A stretch of 44,353 nt of DNA from Bdellovibrionota bacterium (lineage in GTDB: Bacteria; Bdellovibrionota; Bacteriovoracia; Bacteriovoracales; Bacteriovoracaceae): contig JAURQB010000208.1 in NCBI GenBank assembly GCA_030836365.1, forward strand, positions 1-44,353, in the 5' to 3' direction. Made by a program: the position numbers and the translations under genes. The stretch's first letter is position 1. Every line of letters begins with the position of its first letter. Of this stretch, positions 20,113 through 28,550 are shown in pieces. The notes beneath the pieces are model-generated. The model searched no databases. It worked only from the letters and a program-made list of their open reading frames with translations, and was not told the origin of the DNA.

Positions 20113-21081
20113 ATGGACAAAAAAAGAAAAAATATTCTCATTATTGGTGTTTGTGGCGGACTAGCTCAAATTGTTGCAAGGTTAATATCTAAATCAGAAG
20201 GAAATGTGAGAATCGTCGGGGTTGACTCAAGAAGCATTAGCAACCTCCCCAGGATTCCTCAAGTTGAATATAAAAAAATACGCTATTCAAGAAACGATTT
20301 TGAAAATTTATTTCGCTCTCTTAAATTTGATTGTGTTTATCACCTTGGAAGAATTTCTCATGCCCGAGCAAACCCAAAAGCATCACTTGCAAAAAGATTA
20401 GACCTAAACGTAATTGGAACAAATCGTATTTTAGAATTAGCAACACAACATAAGGTAAGGCGGGTTATTGTATTATCCACCTGGCATGTCTACGGTGCCT
20501 ATCCAGATAACCCAGTGTTCATGAAGGAAACAAACCTACTTAGAGCAAGTATAAAGCACCCTGACCTGAGAGATGTTGTTGAAATGGACCAGTTAACCAC
20601 AAACTGGATGTGGAAGTATCAACACGAACTTGAAGTGCTATTATTTAGGCCCTGCAGTATTATTGGGCCAAACATTAGAAATTCAATGACGAACTACTTG
20701 AAAAGTGACTTTATGCCTTTAGGACATGACTACAACCCAATGATGCAGTTCATTCACGAATATGACATGGCGCACACTTTAAGTTATGCAAAAGATCATT
20801 TACCTATAGGAACCTACAATGTAGCTCCCGATGAATACATCTCTTTACATGAGGCAAAAGAGACTGTTGGCAAGAGAACTATCCCTAGCTCTGTCTTTTT
20901 ATTAGAAAAATTAGCAGATCTCCTCAATAAGAGTAGCTTGCTGAGCGTGCCAAACTATTTACTGGATTATCTTAAGTACCCATGCCTTATTTCAAATGAC
21001 GAATTAATGGCACACTTGCCGAAAAACTTCTTCCGTTTTTCAACAAGTGATACACTAGAGCTCCTAAACTTAAACGCCTAA
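20113..21081 (+). CDS. NAD(P)-dependent epimerase/dehydratase (extended SDR) family protein
   Basis: N-terminal Rossmann ILIIGVCGGLAQIV (GxxGxxG-like). 322 aa, starting 5 nt after the acyltransferase gene. Confidence 0.75.
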   Translation: MDKKRKNILIIGVCGGLAQIVARLISKSEGNVRIVGVDSRSISNLPRIPQVEYKKIRYSRNDFENLFRSLKFDCVYHLGRISHARANPKASLAKRLDLNVIGTNRILELATQHKVRRVIVLSTWHVYGAYPDNPVFMKETNLLRASIKHPDLRDVVEMDQLTTNWMWKYQHELEVLLFRPCSIIGPNIRNSMTNYLKSDFMPLGHDYNPMMQFIHEYDMAHTLSYAKDHLPIGTYNVAPDEYISLHEAKETVGKRTIPSSVFLLEKLADLLNKSSLLSVPNYLLDYLKYPCLISNDELMAHLPKNFFRFSTSDTLELLNLNA

Positions 21082-21086
21082 ACTCT

Positions 21087-21115
21087 TTGACAACTTTTAG
21101 TGTTTTGCATAAATT
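21087..21115 (+). promoter_or_regulatory. Sigma-70-type promoter for tRNA-Leu(CAA)
   Basis: TTGACA (21087-21092), 17 nt, TAAATT (21110-21115). The mature tRNA 5' end is 10 nt downstream. Confidence 0.6.
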
Positions 21116-21125
21116 ACCCTTTCTT

Positions 21126-21209
21126 GGCCCGGTGGCGGAATGGTAGACGCGCTTGATTCAAAATCAAGTATCTTCGGGTGTGCGAGTTCAAGTCTCGCCC
21201 GGGCCACCA
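21126..21209 (+). tRNA. tRNA-Leu (anticodon CAA), type II with long variable arm, CCA encoded
   Basis: Hand-folded. Acceptor GGCCCGG/CCGGGCC, anticodon stem CTTGA/TCAAG with loop TTCAAAA, variable arm TATCTTCGGGTGT, T arm GCGAG-TTCAAGT-CTCGC, discriminator A, then CCA. Confidence 0.9.
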
Positions 21210-21438
21210 TAAAAGCCCTTAATTTATACAAACGTTAGTTAATATGAATGAGAGCTTTTTTATTTTCCGAATTGTACTAGCACTAAATAAAAACCATTTC
21301 TATTACACCCTTTCATCGAGCCCTTTCCTCCCCCCACCTTATTAGTAAGTTTGCTCTTGGATTAAAAATAAAAAAGACTCTTAAACATTTAAAATTGTAA
21401 TAATTCTCAACTTATTCTGAAATAACCAAGCGCTATAG

Positions 21439-21465
21439 TAAGTTTTAACATCAGGTGACCGATAA
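21439..21465 (+). promoter_or_regulatory. Sigma-28 (FliA)-like promoter upstream of the orphan Hpt gene
   Basis: TAAGTTTT (21439-21446), 11 nt, ACCGATAA (21458-21465), compared with the consensus TAAAGTTT-N11-GCCGATAA. The ATG at 21473 is only 7 nt past the box. Confidence 0.45.
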
Positions 21466-21472
21466 CGTATTT

Positions 21473-21775
21473 ATGGCAGAGAAAATATATCTCAACTTAG
21501 ACAAAAAGCTTCGAAAAATCATTCCTGGTTTTTTAGAGAATCGGCAAAAAGACTTAGCTGATCTTCAGAATGCCAAAGAGAAAAAAGACTTCTCAAAAAT
21601 CGAACTCATTGGTCACCAATTAATGGGAAGTGCTGGCAGTTATGGCTTCTCTACTCTTTCGAAACTCGGAAAAGATCTTGAAGTGGCTGCCCAACAAAAA
21701 AGTATAGACGACACGAACCTCATTATCTCAAAAATTGAAGATCATCTCAATTTATTAGAAATCGATTATGAATAA
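21473..21775 (+). CDS. Stand-alone histidine phosphotransfer (Hpt) domain protein
   Basis: Phosphorelay motif IGHQLMGSAGSYGF (HxxKG-type). About 100 aa, all-helical. The ORF track starts at the GTG at 21455, which lies inside the putative promoter, so I prefer the ATG at 21473. Confidence 0.8.
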   Translation: MAEKIYLNLDKKLRKIIPGFLENRQKDLADLQNAKEKKDFSKIELIGHQLMGSAGSYGFSTLSKLGKDLEVAAQQKSIDDTNLIISKIEDHLNLLEIDYE

Positions 21776-21813
21776 GCTTGTTAATAACTGCTTCCTCGAT
21801 GTAATAACTACAT

Positions 21814-22362
21814 ATGGATTTAAATTACTTTAGAGCATTACATATTATCTTCGTCACCACTTGGTTTGCTGGACTTTTCTACATCGTCAGGCTTTTTATT
21901 TATCACCGTGAAGCAGTAGACAAGTCCGAGCTAGAGAGGAAAATTCTGATTGATCAATTTAAAATTATGGAAAGAAGACTTTGGTATGGAATAACGTGGC
22001 CGAGCTGTATCCTCACCATTCTTTTTGGTCTATCAATGATTCATAACTTTATGCCAATCACTGATCATCCATGGCTTGTGGTTAAACTGATTCTCGTTTT
22101 GCTGCTTTTTCTCTATCATTTATCTTGCGGTCATATTTTGAAAAAACTTCATCAAGAAGAATTGAACTATTCATCTATGCAGCTTCGTATTTGGAATGAA
22201 GTCGCGACGATATTTTTAGTGTCTATAGTATTTCTAGTCGTGCTTAAGGATTTACTTTCCATGGGATATGGGCTTTTGGGACTATTTTTATTAACATTCA
22301 TTCTAGGAATGGGAATTAAGATATACCGTAAAAAAAGGCTTAATCGTGAAACACCTAACTAA
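21814..22362 (+). CDS. hemJ: Protoporphyrinogen IX oxidase HemJ
   Basis: FRALHIIFVTTWFAGLFYIVRLFIYH...ERRLWYGITWP...LYHLSCGHILKKL aligns closely with my recollection of cyanobacterial and proteobacterial HemJ. Confidence 0.88.
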   Translation: MDLNYFRALHIIFVTTWFAGLFYIVRLFIYHREAVDKSELERKILIDQFKIMERRLWYGITWPSCILTILFGLSMIHNFMPITDHPWLVVKLILVLLLFLYHLSCGHILKKLHQEELNYSSMQLRIWNEVATIFLVSIVFLVVLKDLLSMGYGLLGLFLLTFILGMGIKIYRKKRLNRETPN

Positions 22363-22804
22363 AGAAAGCTCCATTGAACATTTAGAAAAATCTAAATCTT
22401 CTAAAAACAAAGAAGATTGGAAAAGCAAGTCTGACGAATTTTGGCGAGAAAATCTTACTGAGCTTCAATACCAAGTAACGAGAAAATCTGATACCGAATA
22501 TCCAACAACAGGATTTTATGACCAATTTAATGAAGAAGGTGATTACTTTTGCTCATGTTGCGGAGAGATTTTATTTAAATCAGAGTCTAAATTTGATGCT
22601 GGATGTGGATGGCCTTCTTTTGATGAAGTTGCGGCACAAGGCAAAATTAACTACTTTGAGGATCACTCTCTAGCGCGAAAAAGAATTGAAGTTAAATGCG
22701 CCAATTGTGACGCCCATTTAGGACATGTTTTTGATGATGGCCCAACATCAACAGGGAAAAGATACTGTATTAATTCTGTTTGCCTTGGATTTAAGAAAAA
22801 ATAA
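22346..22804 (+). CDS. msrB: Peptide-methionine (R)-S-oxide reductase MsrB
   Basis: Zinc CxxC pairs (CSCCGE, CANCDAHLGH), plus GCGWPSF and the catalytic RYCINS. The GTG start overlaps the hemJ end by 17 nt and is uncertain. Confidence 0.9.
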   Translation: MKHLTKESSIEHLEKSKSSKNKEDWKSKSDEFWRENLTELQYQVTRKSDTEYPTTGFYDQFNEEGDYFCSCCGEILFKSESKFDAGCGWPSFDEVAAQGKINYFEDHSLARKRIEVKCANCDAHLGHVFDDGPTSTGKRYCINSVCLGFKKK

Positions 22805-22895
22805 TTTCTCTCTTCTAAATGATAGATTTTATCAGACCAAAGCTTAAACTAATTAGTTTAAAATAATATCTCTTAACCATCATCAAGGATTGAAG

Positions 22896-24194
22896 ATGAA
22901 ACACCTCATTGTTATCTGTTTTTTATTTTTATCAACGAAATCTTTTTCAATTGAACTCAACTACAGTGCCGATCGTTTAGTTATTAAAACAAACCCTGGC
23001 ATGCCATTACCTGTTCACCCACTTATTAAAAATGCGAAAAATCTTTTTAAAGACTACTGGGTTGTTTTTAGTAATGATATTGAGACGCTTAAAACCGAGC
23101 TATCTCAAAATAAGAGTATCAGCTACATAAGTTATGATCACAAGTCTCAAAAAAGAGAATTACCACAAGCAGAACCAACAAACCTTCTCAAAAGTGATGA
23201 AGAAAATCTAACGTTCAATGATCCGTACCTTATCAACCAATGGACTTTTAGAAATTTTGAAAATCACGGCATGAGTATCACAAGAACTTTTGCCAACAGA
23301 AGAAGCTCTCCAAGGCAAGAAATTATCGTAGCAGTAGTTGATACAGGTGTTGATTTTAGACATGAAGACCTACCAATGTGGACAAACGAGGGTGAAATTG
23401 CAGGAAATGGTATTGATGATGATAATAATGGTTATATTGATGATATCCATGGAATCAATACGCTTGTTAGAGATGCCGACGGAAATGCCACTATGAATGT
23501 AATGGATACTCATAATCACGGAACGCATGTTTCAGGTAGTATTGCCGCCATTCAGAATAATAATATCGGTATTGCTGGCATCGCTTCAAATGCAAAAATC
23601 ATGGCAATTAGAACAGTTCCTAACAGAAGTGATGAAACAGATGTTGATGTCACGGAAGCTTTTATTTACGCCGCTAAAAATGGCGCCAAAATTATTAACT
23701 GTAGCTTTGGAAAAAGTAATAATGAACGTGGAATGATGGTTCGAGACGCCATTAATCATATTGGTGAAGAGTATGGTGTTCTTGTTGTAGCAGCTGCTGG
23801 TAACTCTATGAGAAACATAGATATGTACCCTGCATATCCTGCAAGCTTTGATAGTGAAAATCTTCTTGTTGTTGCCTCAACCTCATCGCAAGGTGGCTTT
23901 AGCTACTTCACGAACTATGGTCTTGAAGGTGTTGATGTTGCAGGCCCAGGATCTTCTATTCTCTCATCTATTGTTGGAAATCGTTACACAAATATGAGTG
24001 GAACCTCTATGGCCTCTCCAAATGTTGCTGGTGTTGCGGCTGAAGTTCTCACCAACTATCCAGACTTAAGACCGACAGAACTAAAAGAGATTCTAATGGA
24101 GTCGAGCTATCAAACTCCTGTTTACGCGTCAAAGATTAAATCAGGAGGACGTGCTGATTTAGAGAGAGCTTTAGAGCACGCGTCTAAGTACTAA
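22896..24194 (+). CDS. Secreted subtilisin-like serine peptidase (S8 family)
   Basis: Signal peptide MKHLIVICFLFLSTKSFS. Catalytic triad contexts VAVVDTGVD, HNHGTHVSG and SGTSMASP. The ATG at 22896 is preferred over the TTG at 22890. Confidence 0.92.
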   Translation: MKHLIVICFLFLSTKSFSIELNYSADRLVIKTNPGMPLPVHPLIKNAKNLFKDYWVVFSNDIETLKTELSQNKSISYISYDHKSQKRELPQAEPTNLLKSDEENLTFNDPYLINQWTFRNFENHGMSITRTFANRRSSPRQEIIVAVVDTGVDFRHEDLPMWTNEGEIAGNGIDDDNNGYIDDIHGINTLVRDADGNATMNVMDTHNHGTHVSGSIAAIQNNNIGIAGIASNAKIMAIRTVPNRSDETDVDVTEAFIYAAKNGAKIINCSFGKSNNERGMMVRDAINHIGEEYGVLVVAAAGNSMRNIDMYPAYPASFDSENLLVVASTSSQGGFSYFTNYGLEGVDVAGPGSSILSSIVGNRYTNMSGTSMASPNVAGVAAEVLTNYPDLRPTELKEILMESSYQTPVYASKIKSGGRADLERALEHASKY

Positions 24195-24556
24195 TATTCG
24201 TCATATTTCCTGGCCGATCCTTTAACTTGGTCGGCCGGATATTTTTCTTCATTCTCTTTAAACTTTCTTTTCATTACCGTTTCAAGATCAATGTCCAAGA
24301 CATCACAGAGTCGAATCGCGTAAGTAACAATATCACTTATTTCATCTTCAACTTTTTTTCTTTCTGTATTCTCTTTTAAAAGTAGCGCATTTTCTTGTTC
24401 AATATTTTTCCATTGAAAAATCTCAAGGAGCTCAGAAGCCTCAACACTTAAAGCACATGCTAAATTTTTAGGCGTATGATATTGCTCCCAATCTCTTTCT
24501 TTGGCAAAGTTGGTTAAGTAGGTGCTTATGTCATTTAAATCAAATTTTTTTTTCAT
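24191..24556 (-). CDS. MazG-like nucleotide pyrophosphohydrolase (small all-alpha NTP-PPase)
   Basis: FAKERDWEQYHTPKNLACALSVEASELLEIFQW...EDEISDIVTYAIRL, which gives the EExxE..D metal-binding pattern of the MazG/DCTPP1-like family. Confidence 0.82.
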   Translation of the reverse strand: MKKKFDLNDISTYLTNFAKERDWEQYHTPKNLACALSVEASELLEIFQWKNIEQENALLLKENTERKKVEDEISDIVTYAIRLCDVLDIDLETVMKRKFKENEEKYPADQVKGSARKYDEY

Positions 24557-24558
24557 GA

Positions 24559-25620
24559 TTAATTAATCTCTCTAAGTATCTGATTAACGCCGTTAATTAC
24601 TTCACCAGAATTTGCCGCGCCACGAGTATGCTCTAATTTATTGATTAAATTTTTCAAAGATGAATTCGCTAACTCATCCTCAGAAACAACGACAGAGCCA
24701 ATCATCTTATTTGCTTCCATTGCGTTGTGATATTGTTCATTTTTTTGTGCAATCTTTAATGGGACAAAAATACTTTTCTTCTTTAATGCCATTAATTCCA
24801 TTACCGTACCAGCACCGGCCCGTGAAATAATGACTTTTGCGTGTTTCATTAGCTCAACTAAATTATCTAGAAAAGCGACAGGAAAATAATATTCAGATTT
24901 CAATTTTTTATATTCTGGTAGAAATTTTTCACCGACTTGATGAATAATAAAATAGTCATCTTTGATTTCATGAAGATTATTCATTATTAAATTATTTAAT
25001 AACTTTGCTCCGTTCCCTCCACCAGTAATAAGAAGGATAGGACGATCAATGGAGCCTAAGTTTTTTCCCTCAAAAGTAAAGCCATTGTCTTTGCCAGTAA
25101 AGCAAGACTCCTTTAAAGGGTAGCCCGTCATAATGGTTTTATCTGGTGGGAAAAATTTTTTCGACTCTTCAAAACTGATAAAAACTTTACTCGCAAACTT
25201 TGACGCAATTTTATTTGCCAGTCCAACTCGGCTTGTTTGCTCGTGAATATAAATCTTAAAACCTAAAATCCCTCCAGCAATGACAAGGGGAAGACCGACA
25301 AAACCACCAGTCGAAAAGATCAATGTTTCTTTTTTCTTGAATCTCAATAAATAAAAAAATGACTGGAGAATTCCAAAAGCAAAGCGAAAAAAATCAAACA
25401 TATTTTCTAATGAAAAATATCTCCTAAGTTTTCCCGTTTGAATCGCGTGATAATTTATTCCAGCACTTGTCACCAAATTTTTCTCAACGGACTTAACCCC
25501 ACCTACATAGAAAATATTGATGTTCAATTTCGACTGAATGGCACTAATTAGAGTGAGTGCTGGCACCACATGGCCGCCACTGCCTCCACCTGTAAAAATA
25601 ATTTGTTTAAACTTATTCAT
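24559..25620 (-). CDS. murG: MurG-family glycosyltransferase (GT28, lipid I to lipid II GlcNAc transferase type)
   Basis: FTGGGSGGHVVPAL, IHEQTSRVGLANK, SRAGAGTVMEL and EQYHNA align with the E. coli MurG motifs GGTGGHVFP, LHEQNGIAGLTNK, RSGALTVSE and QQYWNA. It is not in a dcw context here. Confidence 0.75.
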   Translation of the reverse strand: MNKFKQIIFTGGGSGGHVVPALTLISAIQSKLNINIFYVGGVKSVEKNLVTSAGINYHAIQTGKLRRYFSLENMFDFFRFAFGILQSFFYLLRFKKKETLIFSTGGFVGLPLVIAGGILGFKIYIHEQTSRVGLANKIASKFASKVFISFEESKKFFPPDKTIMTGYPLKESCFTGKDNGFTFEGKNLGSIDRPILLITGGGNGAKLLNNLIMNNLHEIKDDYFIIHQVGEKFLPEYKKLKSEYYFPVAFLDNLVELMKHAKVIISRAGAGTVMELMALKKKSIFVPLKIAQKNEQYHNAMEANKMIGSVVVSEDELANSSLKNLINKLEHTRGAANSGEVINGVNQILREIN

Positions 25621-25717
25621 ATTCTATGAATATACCAATTGAGTGATAAGTTTGCCTCCCTAAATATGATTTTTTGTTAAAGATAAATTCTTACCATAAA
25701 AGTCCCGAAAACTAATT

Positions 25718-27262
25718 ATGCGTCATGAGTTCATCATCATCTCGATTATCTCTTCGGGACTTTTATTAGGTCTTAGTTATTTCCATTCTATTTACTGGTT
25801 AATTGGACTAGGAGCACTTTCACCTCTAATACTTTTAGGAACTTTTGATTTATTTGATAAAAAACATACCATTATTGCGAACTACCCAATCTTTGGTCGA
25901 TTTCGTTATGTCATGGAAGAATTAAGGCCCAAAATTTATCAATACTTTATTGAATCTGATACAGACGGAACGCCGATCAACAGAGTTCATCGAAGTGTTG
26001 TTTATCAACGCGCAAAAAAAGTTCTTGATACGACTCCATTTGGCACACAAGTCAATGTCTATGAGCCAGGCTATGAGTGGATTAACCACAGTCTAAACCC
26101 ACTTGACTTAAATACGATTAACCCCAGTGAACTGAGAGTTATGATAGGCGGAGATGACTGCCAACAACCGTATGATTCAAGTATTTTAAATATCTCTGCA
26201 ATGAGCTATGGTTCTCTCAGTAGTAATGCCATTGAGTCTCTAAACTGGGGAGCAAAACTTGGTGGCTTTGCCCACAACACAGGTGAAGGGGCCATCTCCA
26301 CATATCACCAAAAACATGGCGGTGACTTGATCTGGCAAATTGGCACTGGATATTTTGGTTGTCGCACAGAAGACGGTGAATTTTGTGAAAAGTCTTTTGA
26401 AGAAAGAAGTAAGTTTGAACAGGTAAAAATGATTGAGGTTAAACTCTCTCAAGGCGCAAAACCAGGTCATGGCGGTATCTTACCGGCAGCAAAAAACACA
26501 GAGGAAATTGCAAAAATTAGACAGGTAAAACCGGGAACATCTGTAAACTCCCCCGGTAAGCACTCCGCATTTAGTGGCAATGATGGAATGTTAGAGTTTA
26601 TTCAAAACCTAAGACGACTAAGCGGCGGCAAACCAATCGGAATAAAACTTTGCATGGGCCATCCTCATGAGTTTGAAGCACTTTGTATCACCATGAAAGC
26701 GAATAATATTTACCCCGACTTTATTACCATTGATGGTGGTGAAGGAGGAACAGGAGCTGCGCCTCCAGAGTTTAGCAACTCAATTGGTATGTCTTTAAGA
26801 GACGGCCTCATCTTTGCCAATGATATTTTAATAAAACATGACATCAGGTCTAAATTAAAAATTCTGGCTTCAGGTAAAATAATAACGGGCTTTGATCTAG
26901 TAAAAGTTTTGGCCTTGGGAGCTGATGGATGTTACGCGGCAAGGGCCATGATGCTCGCACTCGGATGTATTCAGGCTCTTATTTGTAATCAAAACAAATG
27001 CCCCACAGGTATAGCTACTCAAAAAACTCACTTAGTAAAAGGGCTCAATGTCGAAGATAAGTATGTTCGAGTCGCAAACTATCACCTTGGAACACTTGAG
27101 AGTGTTGCCGAGATTATGTGTGCCTCTGGAGTAGCAAAATTAGGCGATATAAAAAGGCACCTGATTTGGAGGCGCATCAGCTTTAATGAAATAAAAAGTT
27201 ATGAGGAACTGTTCCCTTATCCTGAAATTTTAAGCGACGTCATTCCCAAAAAGTCCGCATAA
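25718..27262 (+). CDS. FMN-binding glutamate-synthase-family protein (GltB FMN-domain homologue) with N-terminal TM segments
   Basis: 514 aa. KLSQGAKPGHGGILP, ITIDGGEGGTGAAP and ASGKIITGFD are typical of the GltS FMN domain. There are two N-terminal hydrophobic helices. Confidence 0.85.
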   Translation: MRHEFIIISIISSGLLLGLSYFHSIYWLIGLGALSPLILLGTFDLFDKKHTIIANYPIFGRFRYVMEELRPKIYQYFIESDTDGTPINRVHRSVVYQRAKKVLDTTPFGTQVNVYEPGYEWINHSLNPLDLNTINPSELRVMIGGDDCQQPYDSSILNISAMSYGSLSSNAIESLNWGAKLGGFAHNTGEGAISTYHQKHGGDLIWQIGTGYFGCRTEDGEFCEKSFEERSKFEQVKMIEVKLSQGAKPGHGGILPAAKNTEEIAKIRQVKPGTSVNSPGKHSAFSGNDGMLEFIQNLRRLSGGKPIGIKLCMGHPHEFEALCITMKANNIYPDFITIDGGEGGTGAAPPEFSNSIGMSLRDGLIFANDILIKHDIRSKLKILASGKIITGFDLVKVLALGADGCYAARAMMLALGCIQALICNQNKCPTGIATQKTHLVKGLNVEDKYVRVANYHLGTLESVAEIMCASGVAKLGDIKRHLIWRRISFNEIKSYEELFPYPEILSDVIPKKSA

Positions 27263-27290
27263 GCTTCAAGCTGAAAAAAACTAAATTTAA

Positions 27291-28550
27291 CTAGAGCAAA
27301 AAAAGACTAATTTCAGGAACAAATGTAATCAACAATAAACCGATTAATAAGACACCAATCAATGGCAAAATAGCCTTAATGACATTTCCTAAGTTTTCAT
27401 TAAAAATTCCACTCGCCACAAATAAATTAATGCCAACAGGCGGAGTAAGATAGCCGATTTCAAGGTTAACGATCATTAGTATACCAAAATGAACAGGATC
27501 AATCCCAAATACTTGCGCCATCGGAGTAAGAATGGGTGCTAAAATCAAAATAGCACTCATAATGTCCATAATACAACCAACGATCAAAAGCATTATATTC
27601 ACACCAATGAGAAAAGAAATTTTACCACTAACAAAACCACTCATCGAGTCTACAAGCATCTGTGGAATTTGCTCATATGTCATAAACTTATTAAGACTAA
27701 CGGCCAGAACGAGAATGATAAAAATGGTTCCTAACATTTCACTCGTGTCAGAAAAGATCTTGGGTAACATTTTAAATTTCAATTCACGATGAATAAATGC
27801 TTCCACAATAAAAGCATAAACAACGGCAATTCCTGCACTTTCCGTGGCCGTAAAAAATCCAGAATAAATTCCGCCAAGAATAACAATTGGCATAAGAAGA
27901 GATAGGATTCCACTTTTTAGCGCTGATAGTACTTCTTTAGAGTCCCACTCTCCCCGCTGAGAAAACCCAGGGCCAGCAATGACAGCATAACCAATTAGAA
28001 GCGTACTTAATAAAATACCAGGCCCTATTCCGGCCATAAATAATTTTGTAACGGATACTCCGGCCATAATCGCAAAAATAATCATCGGAATACTCGGTGG
28101 AATAATAATCCCAAGCGTGCCTCCTGCAGAGAGCATACCGATTGATAGTTTTTTAGAATAACCTTTTTCAATAAGAGCAGGATATAAAATCGTTCCGACA
28201 GCAATAAGAGTTACAGGGCTAGATCCAGAAATTGCAGCAAAAATTGCACAGCTTAATACACTCGCGATTGCCATTCCTGATGGAATAGGCGCTGTTAAAG
28301 CCGCAGCTAACCGAATCAATCTTCTAGAAATACTCCCTTGAGTCATTAAGTTTCCAGCGAGAACAAATAAGGGAATCGCAAGAAGGATTTCTTTATCACC
28401 AGCATAAAAAATATCCGAGATGATATTTTTTATTTCTTCATCTGCAATAAAATGAAAGCAAAAAGCACTAATGGAGCCAACAATTACGAATAGTGGTTGG
28501 CCGATTAAAACGAGTACGACAATGAGACTAATTAAACCAAGAGTAATCAT
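27291..28550 (-). CDS. dctM: TRAP transporter large permease (DctM family)
   Basis: 419 aa and polytopic. Overlaps the dctQ stop by 1 nt. Confidence 0.9.
   Translation of the reverse strand: MITLGLISLIVVLVLIGQPLFVIVGSISAFCFHFIADEEIKNIISDIFYAGDKEILLAIPLFVLAGNLMTQGSISRRLIRLAAALTAPIPSGMAIASVLSCAIFAAISGSSPVTLIAVGTILYPALIEKGYSKKLSIGMLSAGGTLGIIIPPSIPMIIFAIMAGVSVTKLFMAGIGPGILLSTLLIGYAVIAGPGFSQRGEWDSKEVLSALKSGILSLLMPIVILGGIYSGFFTATESAGIAVVYAFIVEAFIHRELKFKMLPKIFSDTSEMLGTIFIILVLAVSLNKFMTYEQIPQMLVDSMSGFVSGKISFLIGVNIMLLIVGCIMDIMSAILILAPILTPMAQVFGIDPVHFGILMIVNLEIGYLTPPVGINLFVASGIFNENLGNVIKAILPLIGVLLIGLLLITFVPEISLFLL

Noticed and set aside
27263-27290. AAGCTTCAAGCTG between the GltS-like gene and dctM, as a possible bidirectional terminator.
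   Set aside because: The arms AGCTT/AAGCT would leave a 1-nt loop, which cannot fold. It is better described as a short direct repeat of AAGCT, and there is no flanking U/A tract.
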